NCBI GenBank assembly: GCA_038207335.1
Contig: JBBQZX010000002.1
Span: forward strand, 64,001 to 128,000
DNA from: Chthoniobacterales bacterium
GTDB taxonomy: Bacteria > Verrucomicrobiota > Verrucomicrobiia > Chthoniobacterales > Chthoniobacteraceae
Length of the DNA: 64,000 bases
Direction of reading: 5' to 3'
The position numbers were made by a program, and so were the translations under genes. The notes beneath the pieces are model-generated. The model had not been told where the DNA came from. It did no database searches and saw only the letters and a program-made list of their open reading frames with translations. This document shows positions 48,046-55,421 of this stretch, piece by piece. The stretch's first letter is position 1; every line of letters starts with the position of its first letter.

Positions 48046-49656
48046 CTACCGCCCTTTCTGGAGTTCCTTGACGAGCTTGTCGAAAATGTCCGCGATTTCA
48101 CCGCGCGCCTGCTCCTCTCCCGCGAGCGCGCGCTGGAAGTAGTCGTAAGTCAGCCGCGGCTTGGAAGCGCTAATGTCGGACCGGCAGGCCACCTTGAGAA
48201 ACGAGATGAAGTTCTGGTCCACGGACGCCTCGTCCTTTGGGCTCATGCGGCGCTTTTTGTCGGCGAGCCATTGGTCGATCCGCGTTTTGATCGCCGGGTT
48301 GTTATGCGCGCCATCTGTCACGCGCCCGCCATTTTTCGAGAGATCGACGAGGAAATTCCCGAGGTCGGCCGTCAGCCTCTCGATCGCCTCCATCTGCGCG
48401 GCCTGTGCGAAAAAGCCCTGCCAGTTCACCGACTGCCACGTCTTCACGCTGTCGAGCCGGTAGCCGAAACGGCGGATGACCGGCGCCTTCAGCACCTCCT
48501 TCGTCGCCGCGTCGTATTTCTTGATCGTGAGATAAGTCGCCACGCCAATGACCTTGCCCGTCTTCAGATGGATGATCGGGCTCCCGCTGTTACCCGGTTG
48601 AAAAGGCGCGTCCACCTCCACGAGCTGCGGCCCCACGCCGATGATCTTGCCCTTGATGTTATTGATCACGCCCGCGCCTTCGGCATTGCCGAGCACCATC
48701 ACCTCGTCGTCGATCATCACCTTTTCATCCACACCCTGCATGATCTCGAATGGCGTACCGCCCGGCGCGAGTTGCATTCGGAAAATATCGTGACCCACGG
48801 CGATCGAGGGCGTTCCCACCTGCACCGCCTTCCCGTCGAGTGTCTTGAAGCCCGCGCTTTTGATCCCCGCCGCGACATGGGCGTTGGTGAAAAGGAAATT
48901 CGCCCCACCGTAATTCGCGATGAAGCCACTCCCCGCGCCCTCGGCTCCGCTGACGAAGACGAGGCTGTTTCGGTAGGTCTTTACGAGGTCGCGCGGGGCG
49001 GGGTCGCCGGGCGTCGAGCCTGACGCGGCGGGAGGCGTCTGCGCGAGCGGCAGCGAATCCGTGACTTTGAAAACATAGACGCGATCCATCGCCATCTTCT
49101 TCCCTGAGCCCCAGAGACGGAACTCATACTTGTGGAGTTCGGGAACCTTCAGCGGCAGCGCCAGTTCCTGCCATGCGCCGGGAGGCACCTCGGCCGCTTT
49201 GGGGTGAAGGGCGCTTTTCGTGCCTCCTCCCTCGGCTACATCCAGAAACGCGACATCGCCCGCCGCCGTCTTGTCGTAGAATTGCAAACGATAGACGACG
49301 ACGTAACTGCCGGCATCGAGCTTGTCATAGGGTCCCCAGATAATCATGCCACCTGCCGACGATACCCATGCCACCTTGGCGTGCTCGCCTGGCACATTTT
49401 CGGCAGCGCCGTTGTTACGCTCCATGGGACGCTCGGCGAAATCGTGGAAACTAACGAGTTCCAGTTGCTTGAAAGAGCGAAAGATGTCCGGGTTACGGGC
49501 TTCGGCGGCGGCGACCACGGCCTCCGCTTCCGGGACTTTCGTCGGATTCATCACGACGATCCGGCTCTTCCCGGGCGGGACATTCACAAGGGAATCAGCG
49601 CCGCGCGCACCGCACAGGGCGAGGCAGCACAGGATGATGAGCGCGGGGAGTTTCAT
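48046..49656 (-). CDS. Secreted trypsin-like (S1) serine protease with N-terminal beta-sandwich domain, no PDZ
   Basis: GSGF, TNAHV, HD, QPGNSGSP catalytic triad; signal peptide from ATG 49656. Confidence 0.88.
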   Translation of the reverse strand: MKLPALIILCCLALCGARGADSLVNVPPGKSRIVVMNPTKVPEAEAVVAAAEARNPDIFRSFKQLELVSFHDFAERPMERNNGAAENVPGEHAKVAWVSSAGGMIIWGPYDKLDAGSYVVVYRLQFYDKTAAGDVAFLDVAEGGGTKSALHPKAAEVPPGAWQELALPLKVPELHKYEFRLWGSGKKMAMDRVYVFKVTDSLPLAQTPPAASGSTPGDPAPRDLVKTYRNSLVFVSGAEGAGSGFIANYGGANFLFTNAHVAAGIKSAGFKTLDGKAVQVGTPSIAVGHDIFRMQLAPGGTPFEIMQGVDEKVMIDDEVMVLGNAEGAGVINNIKGKIIGVGPQLVEVDAPFQPGNSGSPIIHLKTGKVIGVATYLTIKKYDAATKEVLKAPVIRRFGYRLDSVKTWQSVNWQGFFAQAAQMEAIERLTADLGNFLVDLSKNGGRVTDGAHNNPAIKTRIDQWLADKKRRMSPKDEASVDQNFISFLKVACRSDISASKPRLTYDYFQRALAGEEQARGEIADIFDKLVKELQKGR

Positions 49657-49778
49657 AAGCCTCGATGGAATGTGGCGGCGGCAACCGCCGACGGCGGGCG
49701 GAGTGGTAACCGAGGAATGCGACGCTCGACAGGCGGAAAATTTCGCGGTGCCGACCTTCCAGCACCGCACGGCCCGGG

Positions 49779-49980
49779 GTGGAAAACTACGGCGCGATGC
49801 GTCTGCTGGCGCGCGAAGGCGAAACGATCGACGGGAAGACGCTGAAAACCATCACAGCCTGGATCCGCCGTGCCCGGTGCGCCCGGCGTGACGCGAAGCT
49901 TCAACGACGCAGGCCAGATCATCTACCGCGCGATCTTCACCGACGGCTCGAAGGCGATCGTGACCGTGCAGGTGCCGTAG
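49779..49980 (+). pseudogene. Frameshifted 3' remnant of a surface-protein C-terminal repeat domain (NxxGxxAF-like)
   Basis: VENYGAMRLLAREGETIDGKTLKTITA / frameshift near 49860 / SAVPGAPGVTRSFNDAGQIIYRAIFTDGSKAIVTVQVP*; no 5' part present. Confidence 0.65.
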
Positions 49981-50047
49981 GGCGGCCGAGGCGGCGGGTG
50001 AGCAGGTGGCGGTTGCAGTTGCCGAAGAGTCCTGACTTGCTCGGGGC

Positions 50048-50290
50048 GTGCCCGTGATTCCCACCCGCACGCTGCGGCGCCAGATCGTCATGCCCGTTTG
50101 CCGCTGGAGCCTCGTCCTGCGAGCGACGACGGGCGATGGGGAGGCGACGTGTGCGCTGTGGGAGCTGCTTGCGCTTTACTGGAAGCCGCTTTACTGCAAG
50201 GCGCGTCGGCGGGGAGCTTCGGTGGAGGATGCGCAGGATGCGGTGCAGGGCTTTTACGAAGAGCTGATCCGCCGGGGCACCGACGCATGA
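50048..50290 (+). pseudogene. Truncated ECF sigma factor (region 2 only)
   Basis: RWSLVLRA...AL.EL...YWKPLY..ARRRG.S.EDAQDAVQGFYEEL matches the N-terminus of PVC-type ECF sigmas; ends before region 4. Confidence 0.75.
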
Positions 50291-50820
50291 TGGTGGCGAC
50301 AACGGCGGCGGGTCGATTTATCGCATTCCGCCGGGCGGCGCGCTGGAGGTGATCGCTTCCCTCGACTCCACCACCGGCTTCAATCCCGATGTGGGGGTGT
50401 TGCTGGGAAGCGACAGGAGACGGCGGACGGGGCGCTGAGCACGCTCGCCGTGTTTGACCACGACGTGCATGGCGCGCGACGGGTTACTTCCCTCGCTCTC
50501 GGGGCGGATTGGAACTACTAAGGTGCGGCTCGCCAAGGTGGCCCGAACTTCTTCGGGACGATCTATCGCTTCAGCCCGCCGGTGCCGCCCTCCGCGCCCG
50601 AAGGCTCGCCGGCGACGCAGACGGGGACCTTTTCCGATGCCGATGGCAATGAGACGTGACGCTGACGGCGGCGTCGGGGACGATCACGCAGGAGAATGCC
50701 GCGGGGGACATGGAGCTGGACGGCGACGGCGGACGACGGCCCGGCGTCGGAGACGTTGGCGATCACCGCGCCGGCTACGGCTTACGCTGGGGAGCCGGTG
50801 GGGTTCACCTTCTCGATCGA
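50283..50820 (+). pseudogene. Decayed GloVer-like tandem-repeat surface protein fragment with an Ig-like domain
   Basis: THDGGDNGGGSIYRIPPGGALEVIASLD...GVLLGSD / ..DGALSTLAVFD...LGADWNY*GAARQGGPNFFGTIYRF / EGSPATQTGTFSDADGNET / VTLTAASGTITQENAAG / TWSWTATADDGP; at least three frame changes and an in-frame TAA at 50519. Confidence 0.7.
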
Positions 50821-51121
50821 TACGGCGACATGGCGGCGAACCCGGCGCCAACTCCCACCGGTTCGCCTTCCACGCAGAGGCACAACTTTGGGACTGGCAC
50901 CGCTGTGAAGCCGTCGCCGATCGCAGCGAGCGCAAAAGGTTCGGGGCTCTTCCTTGCCAAAGTCGAATACGCTATGGGGCTACTACCCCGGAGCGAGCGT
51001 CGGTGGCCGGATCGAAGTGGCCGCGCCCTGACGGCAGCGGTGACGCATGGCCGCGGCCTCTATTTTTTTGAGGCCGGGACTTTTCGCGGGCACGAAAACG
51101 GCGCATAGATTTCGCCCGCCC

Positions 51122-51943
51122 ATGTCTTCCGATTTCGTCGCCTCCGCAGGTTCGCTCGTCGATCGCATCAAAGTGAATGCGATGACGCGGGCGATGCGAG
51201 ATGGGCGCATGTTCTGGATCAAGCGCCGGCGAGGGACGGCAGCGGGAGTCATCGGCGCGGCGAATATTTTTTTCCGGCTTTCGTGCGCGCCGATCCGCGT
51301 GGTGGCGGAGATGGAAGAATGGCAGCGATGGGAGATCGAGAGTTTCGCGCGGCTGCACGGCGAGCGCTTCCGCGCACACGCGGAGGGACGGTGCGCGGTA
51401 GCCGCGGAGGAGCTGCCGGGGATCAATCTCACAGACTTCCTCGACACCGGCACGATCACTCCCGCGATGGCCGCAGCCGCCGGGCGCGAGTTGCTCCGCG
51501 CGCATCGCTGCGCGTGCGAGGAACTGGCGGGAGGCTGGTCGCACGGCGATCCGCACGCGGGAAATTTCATCTACGAACCGGGGCAGGATTGCGCGCGGCT
51601 CATCGATTTTGAGGTGATGCACTCACCCGCAATCCCTGCACTGGAGCGGCATGCCGACGATCTGCTCGTTTTTCTGCAAGACCTCGTCGGCCGCATCCGA
51701 CGCGATCTCTGGCTGCCCTGCGCGCTCGCTTTCCTCGCCGCGTACGACCGTACGGAAGTCGTCGGCATCGTGCTGGAAAAGCTGGCGCCACCGCCAGGTC
51801 TCGCACGGCTGTGGTGGATCGTGCGCACAAATTACATGCGCCCGGCGGAGGTGCGCCGCCGCTTCGATGCGCTGCGTGCCGCCGCTCAGCCCGCATCGCA
51901 GCCGAGCGAGTTTCTCACCGCCACCCACTCCTCGACGACCTGA
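51122..51943 (+). CDS. Protein-kinase-like phosphotransferase (Kdo/RIO/APH-like fold), unknown substrate
   Basis: FWIKRR (Lys), catalytic loop HGDPHAGNF, metal-binding LIDFE. Start ATG 51122. Confidence 0.72.
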   Translation: MSSDFVASAGSLVDRIKVNAMTRAMRDGRMFWIKRRRGTAAGVIGAANIFFRLSCAPIRVVAEMEEWQRWEIESFARLHGERFRAHAEGRCAVAAEELPGINLTDFLDTGTITPAMAAAAGRELLRAHRCACEELAGGWSHGDPHAGNFIYEPGQDCARLIDFEVMHSPAIPALERHADDLLVFLQDLVGRIRRDLWLPCALAFLAAYDRTEVVGIVLEKLAPPPGLARLWWIVRTNYMRPAEVRRRFDALRAAAQPASQPSEFLTATHSSTT

Positions 51944-52236
51944 CCGCCGAGCAAATGCTGCTCAAGAATCCGCTCGAACCGCGCGGGCGTGACGCCGCCG
52001 TACCAGGCGCCATCGGGATACACGACGAGCCACGGCCCGCCCGTGCAAACGCGCAAGCAAGCGGCTTTCGTTCGCATGAGTTTCACGCCGGTTTCCTTCA
52101 CACGCTTCTTCACATGCTCCCACAGCGCCTCGCCCTCGCGCGACTTGCAGCAGTCCGGCCCGATGCAGAAAAACAGATGCCGCTCCGCCTCCGCGACACC
52201 TGCTTTCGCGAAGCCCTTTTCGAGTTTGTCGCTCAT
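51886..52236 (-). CDS. Thioredoxin-like [2Fe-2S] ferredoxin
   Basis: HLFFC....CC, ACLRVCTGGP, VVYPDGAWY, I.EQHL.GG.VVEE. Confidence 0.9.
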   Translation of the reverse strand: MSDKLEKGFAKAGVAEAERHLFFCIGPDCCKSREGEALWEHVKKRVKETGVKLMRTKAACLRVCTGGPWLVVYPDGAWYGGVTPARFERILEQHLLGGQVVEEWVAVRNSLGCDAG

Positions 52237-52265
52237 GGATATGCCCTGCTCGGAAGGCACCGGTT

Positions 52266-52292
52266 GCCTCCGGGATCATCGATCCCGGAGGC
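52266..52292. repeat. Perfect 12-bp hairpin; REP-like core or transcript-stabilising stem
   Basis: GCCTCCGGGATC-ATC-GATCCCGGAGGC; shares the CCGGGATC-N3-GATCCCG core with the palindrome at 3606-3623; no U-tract. Confidence 0.7.
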
Positions 52293-52314
52293 GGTTGGAG
52301 ACAGCGTCCTAAAA

Positions 52315-52836
52315 TCAGCCGCGATAATTCGTCTCGCGGTCGCTCGATTTGGCACCGCTCACGACGAGCTTGCGGCCGAGAAATTCCCGGTCGTGCAGCT
52401 CCGCCACCGCGCGCTTCGCCTCATCGATGGTGGTCATCAGCACGAAGCCGAAGCCCTTCGACCGCTCCGTGTCGCGATGCGTCACAATCTCCGCGCTCTG
52501 CACTTTGCCGACACCGCTGAAGAGCTCCGAAAGATCGCTCTCCGCCGCATCGAACGACAGGTTTCCGACGTAAAGTTTCGCCGAAGTGACCTCGACTGCC
52601 TCGGGTCGGCGCTGCGTCTTGAATGCGCTCGTGGCGCTCTGCCCCGCGGCTTTCGGAGACTGCGCGCCATTGCTCTTCGCGCCTGGCTTGAACCACGCCA
52701 TGATCTTTTGGAAAAAGGTCAGTTTGACTGGCGGGCGTGCCGGGCGGTTGTCTTCGCGGTTGCGGCGCTGCTGCTGCGAGCGGCGCGGGCCGCGATCGGC
52801 GCGGCGGCTGGAGTTTTTCGAGTCTGGAGATTTCAT
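52315..52836 (-). CDS. RRM (RNP-1) RNA-binding protein with Arg-rich N-terminal extension
   Basis: RNP2 KLYVGNL, RNP1 KGFGFV, HDREFLGRKLVV. Start ATG 52836 preceded by a long non-coding leader. Confidence 0.93.
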   Translation of the reverse strand: MKSPDSKNSSRRADRGPRRSQQQRRNREDNRPARPPVKLTFFQKIMAWFKPGAKSNGAQSPKAAGQSATSAFKTQRRPEAVEVTSAKLYVGNLSFDAAESDLSELFSGVGKVQSAEIVTHRDTERSKGFGFVLMTTIDEAKRAVAELHDREFLGRKLVVSGAKSSDRETNYRG

Positions 52837-52991
52837 AGGAGTTTGCCGTCTGTGTTGGGTTGATGTGACGGCGGAGGAGGCGTGATCGGGCCAGGAGGCT
52901 TCGAAACGTGCCGGGGATTTTGAAGGCTCGTCGCTGTGTCTGGCCAACGAGGCGCACACACGTGCGATTTTCAAAAACTCCGCCGAGAAAA

Positions 52992-53171
52992 GGTGCAATG
53001 GAGTGGGCGGGTGAGCGCGCCTCCCAGCATGCCGGAGCGGCGGCGAAACGAAACGCCGCAGTGCCGGGACGAGATTTCCGAGGGAGAAAAAGAGAAGGAT
53101 CAGTCTGCTCACGAATCGGAAAAATCGGCTGGAGGCAAACGAGAGCGCCAAGCTCCCGCCCGATCCACACC
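52992..53171 (-). ncRNA. Candidate ~180-nt end-paired structured RNA (6S-like rod) or first domain of a structured leader
   Basis: 5' GGUG-UGGA..GGGCGGG-AGC..GCGC-UCUC pairs with 3' GGGA.GCGC-GCU..CCCGCCC..UCCA...CACC, followed by UUUU. Upstream TTGCCG-N17-TAACAA would start transcription near 53174. Confidence 0.45.
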
Positions 53172-53289
53172 TAGAACAGCTTGTTACGCGATCGACACGC
53201 GGTCGGCAAGTTTATTGGCTGCCGCGTTGCACAGAACTGCCGGCTTCCCCACCGCCGTTCGCGTGCTAGGTTCTCCGTCCCAAAAATTT

Positions 53290-54480
53290 ATGGCCACCAG
53301 CATCATCGACCAAAGCCGGCTCGAGCGGATCGAATTCAGCAACGACGAAATCGCGCGCTACTCGCGGCATCTCATCATGCCGGAGGTGACGCTCGAGGGT
53401 CAGCGGCGGCTGAAAGCAGCAAGCGTTTTGTGCATCGGCGCGGGCGGACTCGGCTCGCCGATCGCGCTCTATCTCGCGGCCGCGGGCATCGGGCGCATGG
53501 GGCTCGTCGATGGCGACACCGTCGATTTTTCAAATCTCCAGCGCCAAATTTTGCACGGCACCAAAGACGTCGGACGCAAGAAACTGAACTCCGCGCGCGA
53601 CCGCATTCGTGAGATCAACCCGAACGTGCAGGTCGATCTCTACGACACCTTTTTCACGTCCGAAAATGCGCGCGAAATCGTGGAGCCGTACGACATCGTG
53701 ATCGACGGCACGGACAATTTCCCGACGCGATACCTCTCGAACGACATCTGCGTTTTCCTCAAAAAGCCCAATATCTACGGCTCCATTTTCCGCTTCGACG
53801 GGCAGTGCACCGTCTTCGCGCCGAGCCTCGGCGGGCCGTGCTATCGCTGCATGTTTCCCGAGCCGCCGCCGCCCGGCATGGTGCCGAGTTGCGCGGAGGG
53901 CGGCGTGCTCGGCGTGCTACCCGGCATCATTGGAGTCATGCAGGCGATCGAGGCGGTGAAGCTCATCATGGGCATCGGCGAGCCGCTCATCGGGCGCATG
54001 ATCGCCTTCGACGCGCTGAAGATGAAGTTCCGTGAATTCCGGCTGCGGCGCGATCCGAAGTGCCCGGTCTGCTCGGACAATCCGACGATCACCGAACTCA
54101 TCGACTACGACCAATTTTGCGGAATCCCGCAGGCGAAAGCCGCGGAGGAAGAGGAAGCGCACGTCCCGCACATCACCGCGAAGGAGCTGAAAGCGAAGCT
54201 CGATGCGGGCGAAAAATTCGTCCTGCTCGACGTCCGCGAGCCGTACGAATGGGACATCTGCCACATCCCCGGCGCGCGGCTCATCCCGCTCGGCCAGCTC
54301 CCGTCGCGCATGAGCGAACTCGATTCCGCCGACGAAATCGTCCTCCAATGCAAAACCGGCGCCCGCTCCGCGCGCGCGCTGATGATGCTCCGCGAAGCCG
54401 GCTTCGGAAAACTCGCGAACGTCGAAGGCGGCATCGCTGCATGGGCCGACGACGTCGATCCGAGCGTGCCGAAATACTGA
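53290..54480 (+). CDS. moeB: Sulfur-carrier adenylyltransferase MoeB/MoeZ with C-terminal rhodanese domain
   Basis: RYSRH, IGAGGLG, SNLQRQ, DGTDNF, PCYRC, PSCAEGGVLG, CPVC, LDVREP, rhodanese CKTGARS. Start ATG 53290. Confidence 0.93.
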   Translation: MATSIIDQSRLERIEFSNDEIARYSRHLIMPEVTLEGQRRLKAASVLCIGAGGLGSPIALYLAAAGIGRMGLVDGDTVDFSNLQRQILHGTKDVGRKKLNSARDRIREINPNVQVDLYDTFFTSENAREIVEPYDIVIDGTDNFPTRYLSNDICVFLKKPNIYGSIFRFDGQCTVFAPSLGGPCYRCMFPEPPPPGMVPSCAEGGVLGVLPGIIGVMQAIEAVKLIMGIGEPLIGRMIAFDALKMKFREFRLRRDPKCPVCSDNPTITELIDYDQFCGIPQAKAAEEEEAHVPHITAKELKAKLDAGEKFVLLDVREPYEWDICHIPGARLIPLGQLPSRMSELDSADEIVLQCKTGARSARALMMLREAGFGKLANVEGGIAAWADDVDPSVPKY

Positions 54481-54486
54481 CGCGAC

Positions 54487-54981
54487 ATGGCCTCTGCTCC
54501 CGATCCTGATTTCATCGCGCGCATCGCTCCGGCGCTTGGGAAAATCGCGAGCGGGCTTTACATCGCGACGGCCGTGGTCCATGGCGTGCCGATGGGAATG
54601 CTGTGCAGCTTTGTCGAGCAGGCGGGGTTTGCGCCGCCGATGATCTCGATCGCTCTCGGGCTGGGAAGGCCCTTGGCCACAGCATTGCAGGGCGATGGCA
54701 TGTTTGGGCTGCACATTCTAAACAAAGAAAACAACGCCCTGCTAAAGGCGTTTGCGCGCGGCGACAATCCCACCGCTTTTGCCGAACTCCCGCGCGTCGA
54801 GAACGCGTTCGGCATCCCGCAGTTCGCCGATGCGTGGGCCTTCCTCACGTGCAAAGTCGCGAGGCATGTCGCGGCTGGCGATCACACGGTTTTCATCGCG
54901 GAAGTCCTCGACGGCGCGCTTCAGCAGGAAGGCGCGCATGAGCCGATGATCCGCGTGCGCCGCGATGGATTCGGATACTGA
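54487..54981 (+). CDS. Flavin reductase-like (FMN-binding split barrel) protein
   Basis: ALGKIASGLYI, SFVEQAGFAPP, C.V....AGDHTVFIAEV, R..GFGY. Confidence 0.9.
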   Translation: MASAPDPDFIARIAPALGKIASGLYIATAVVHGVPMGMLCSFVEQAGFAPPMISIALGLGRPLATALQGDGMFGLHILNKENNALLKAFARGDNPTAFAELPRVENAFGIPQFADAWAFLTCKVARHVAAGDHTVFIAEVLDGALQQEGAHEPMIRVRRDGFGY

Positions 54982-55261
54982 GCCGCCGATTTCCGCGGCG
55001 TTTCTCGCGCTGCTCCGCTGTCCCCTCACGCGTCAGCTGCTCGCCTTCGCGCCGCCGGGTATGATCGCGAAACTCGAAGCCGCGCGCCTCCGCCACGAAC
55101 TGCGCGACTCCTCGGGAACGCCGATCGCCACTGCATTCACTCGCGGTCTACTGCGGTCGGATGGCACCCTGCTCTTTCCGATCCGCGACGGAATTCCGAT
55201 CCTCACCGCAGATCACGCTATCGTCGTTACGGCATTCACGGACCAGAATGCCGCCGCCTAA
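54965..55261 (+). CDS. Trm112-family protein
   Basis: LALLRCP...Q.L and FPIRDGIPIL...AI. Confidence 0.85.
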   Translation: MDSDTEPPISAAFLALLRCPLTRQLLAFAPPGMIAKLEAARLRHELRDSSGTPIATAFTRGLLRSDGTLLFPIRDGIPILTADHAIVVTAFTDQNAAA

Positions 55262-55393
55262 GGCGCGCGGAAAGACGAGGTCCGCGGCGTGCCGGATGCG
55301 CGGGGCGGAGAGCTTTTCCCGCAAGGAAATCGGGGCAGACACTTTCACCCGCAAGGTGGATCTTGGGGAGGATGCAAGTTGCCGCAATTCAAT

Positions 55394-55421
55394 CTCTCAA
55401 CACTCAACTCTCCACTCTCAT
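55394..55421. repeat. Four degenerate heptamers (CTCTCAA)
   Basis: CTCTCAA CACTCAA CTCTCCA CTCTCAT; contains the stop codon of the minus-strand PEP-CTERM gene. Confidence 0.7.

Noticed and set aside
47990..48055. AGGGCGG...CCGCCCT inverted repeat as a terminator for the cyclophilin cluster
   Set aside because: Only 7 bp with a ~50-nt loop, and one arm lies inside the protease coding sequence; likely chance.
50519..50521. Recoded stop or programmed frameshifting in the repeat-protein fragment
   Set aside because: The stop is TAA amid several frame changes and deletions with no start or signal peptide; decay is the simpler explanation.
52837..53289. Long N-terminal extensions of the RRM and MoeB ORFs
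   Set aside because: Non-protein-like composition; the region is better explained as a divergent promoter and structured-RNA region.
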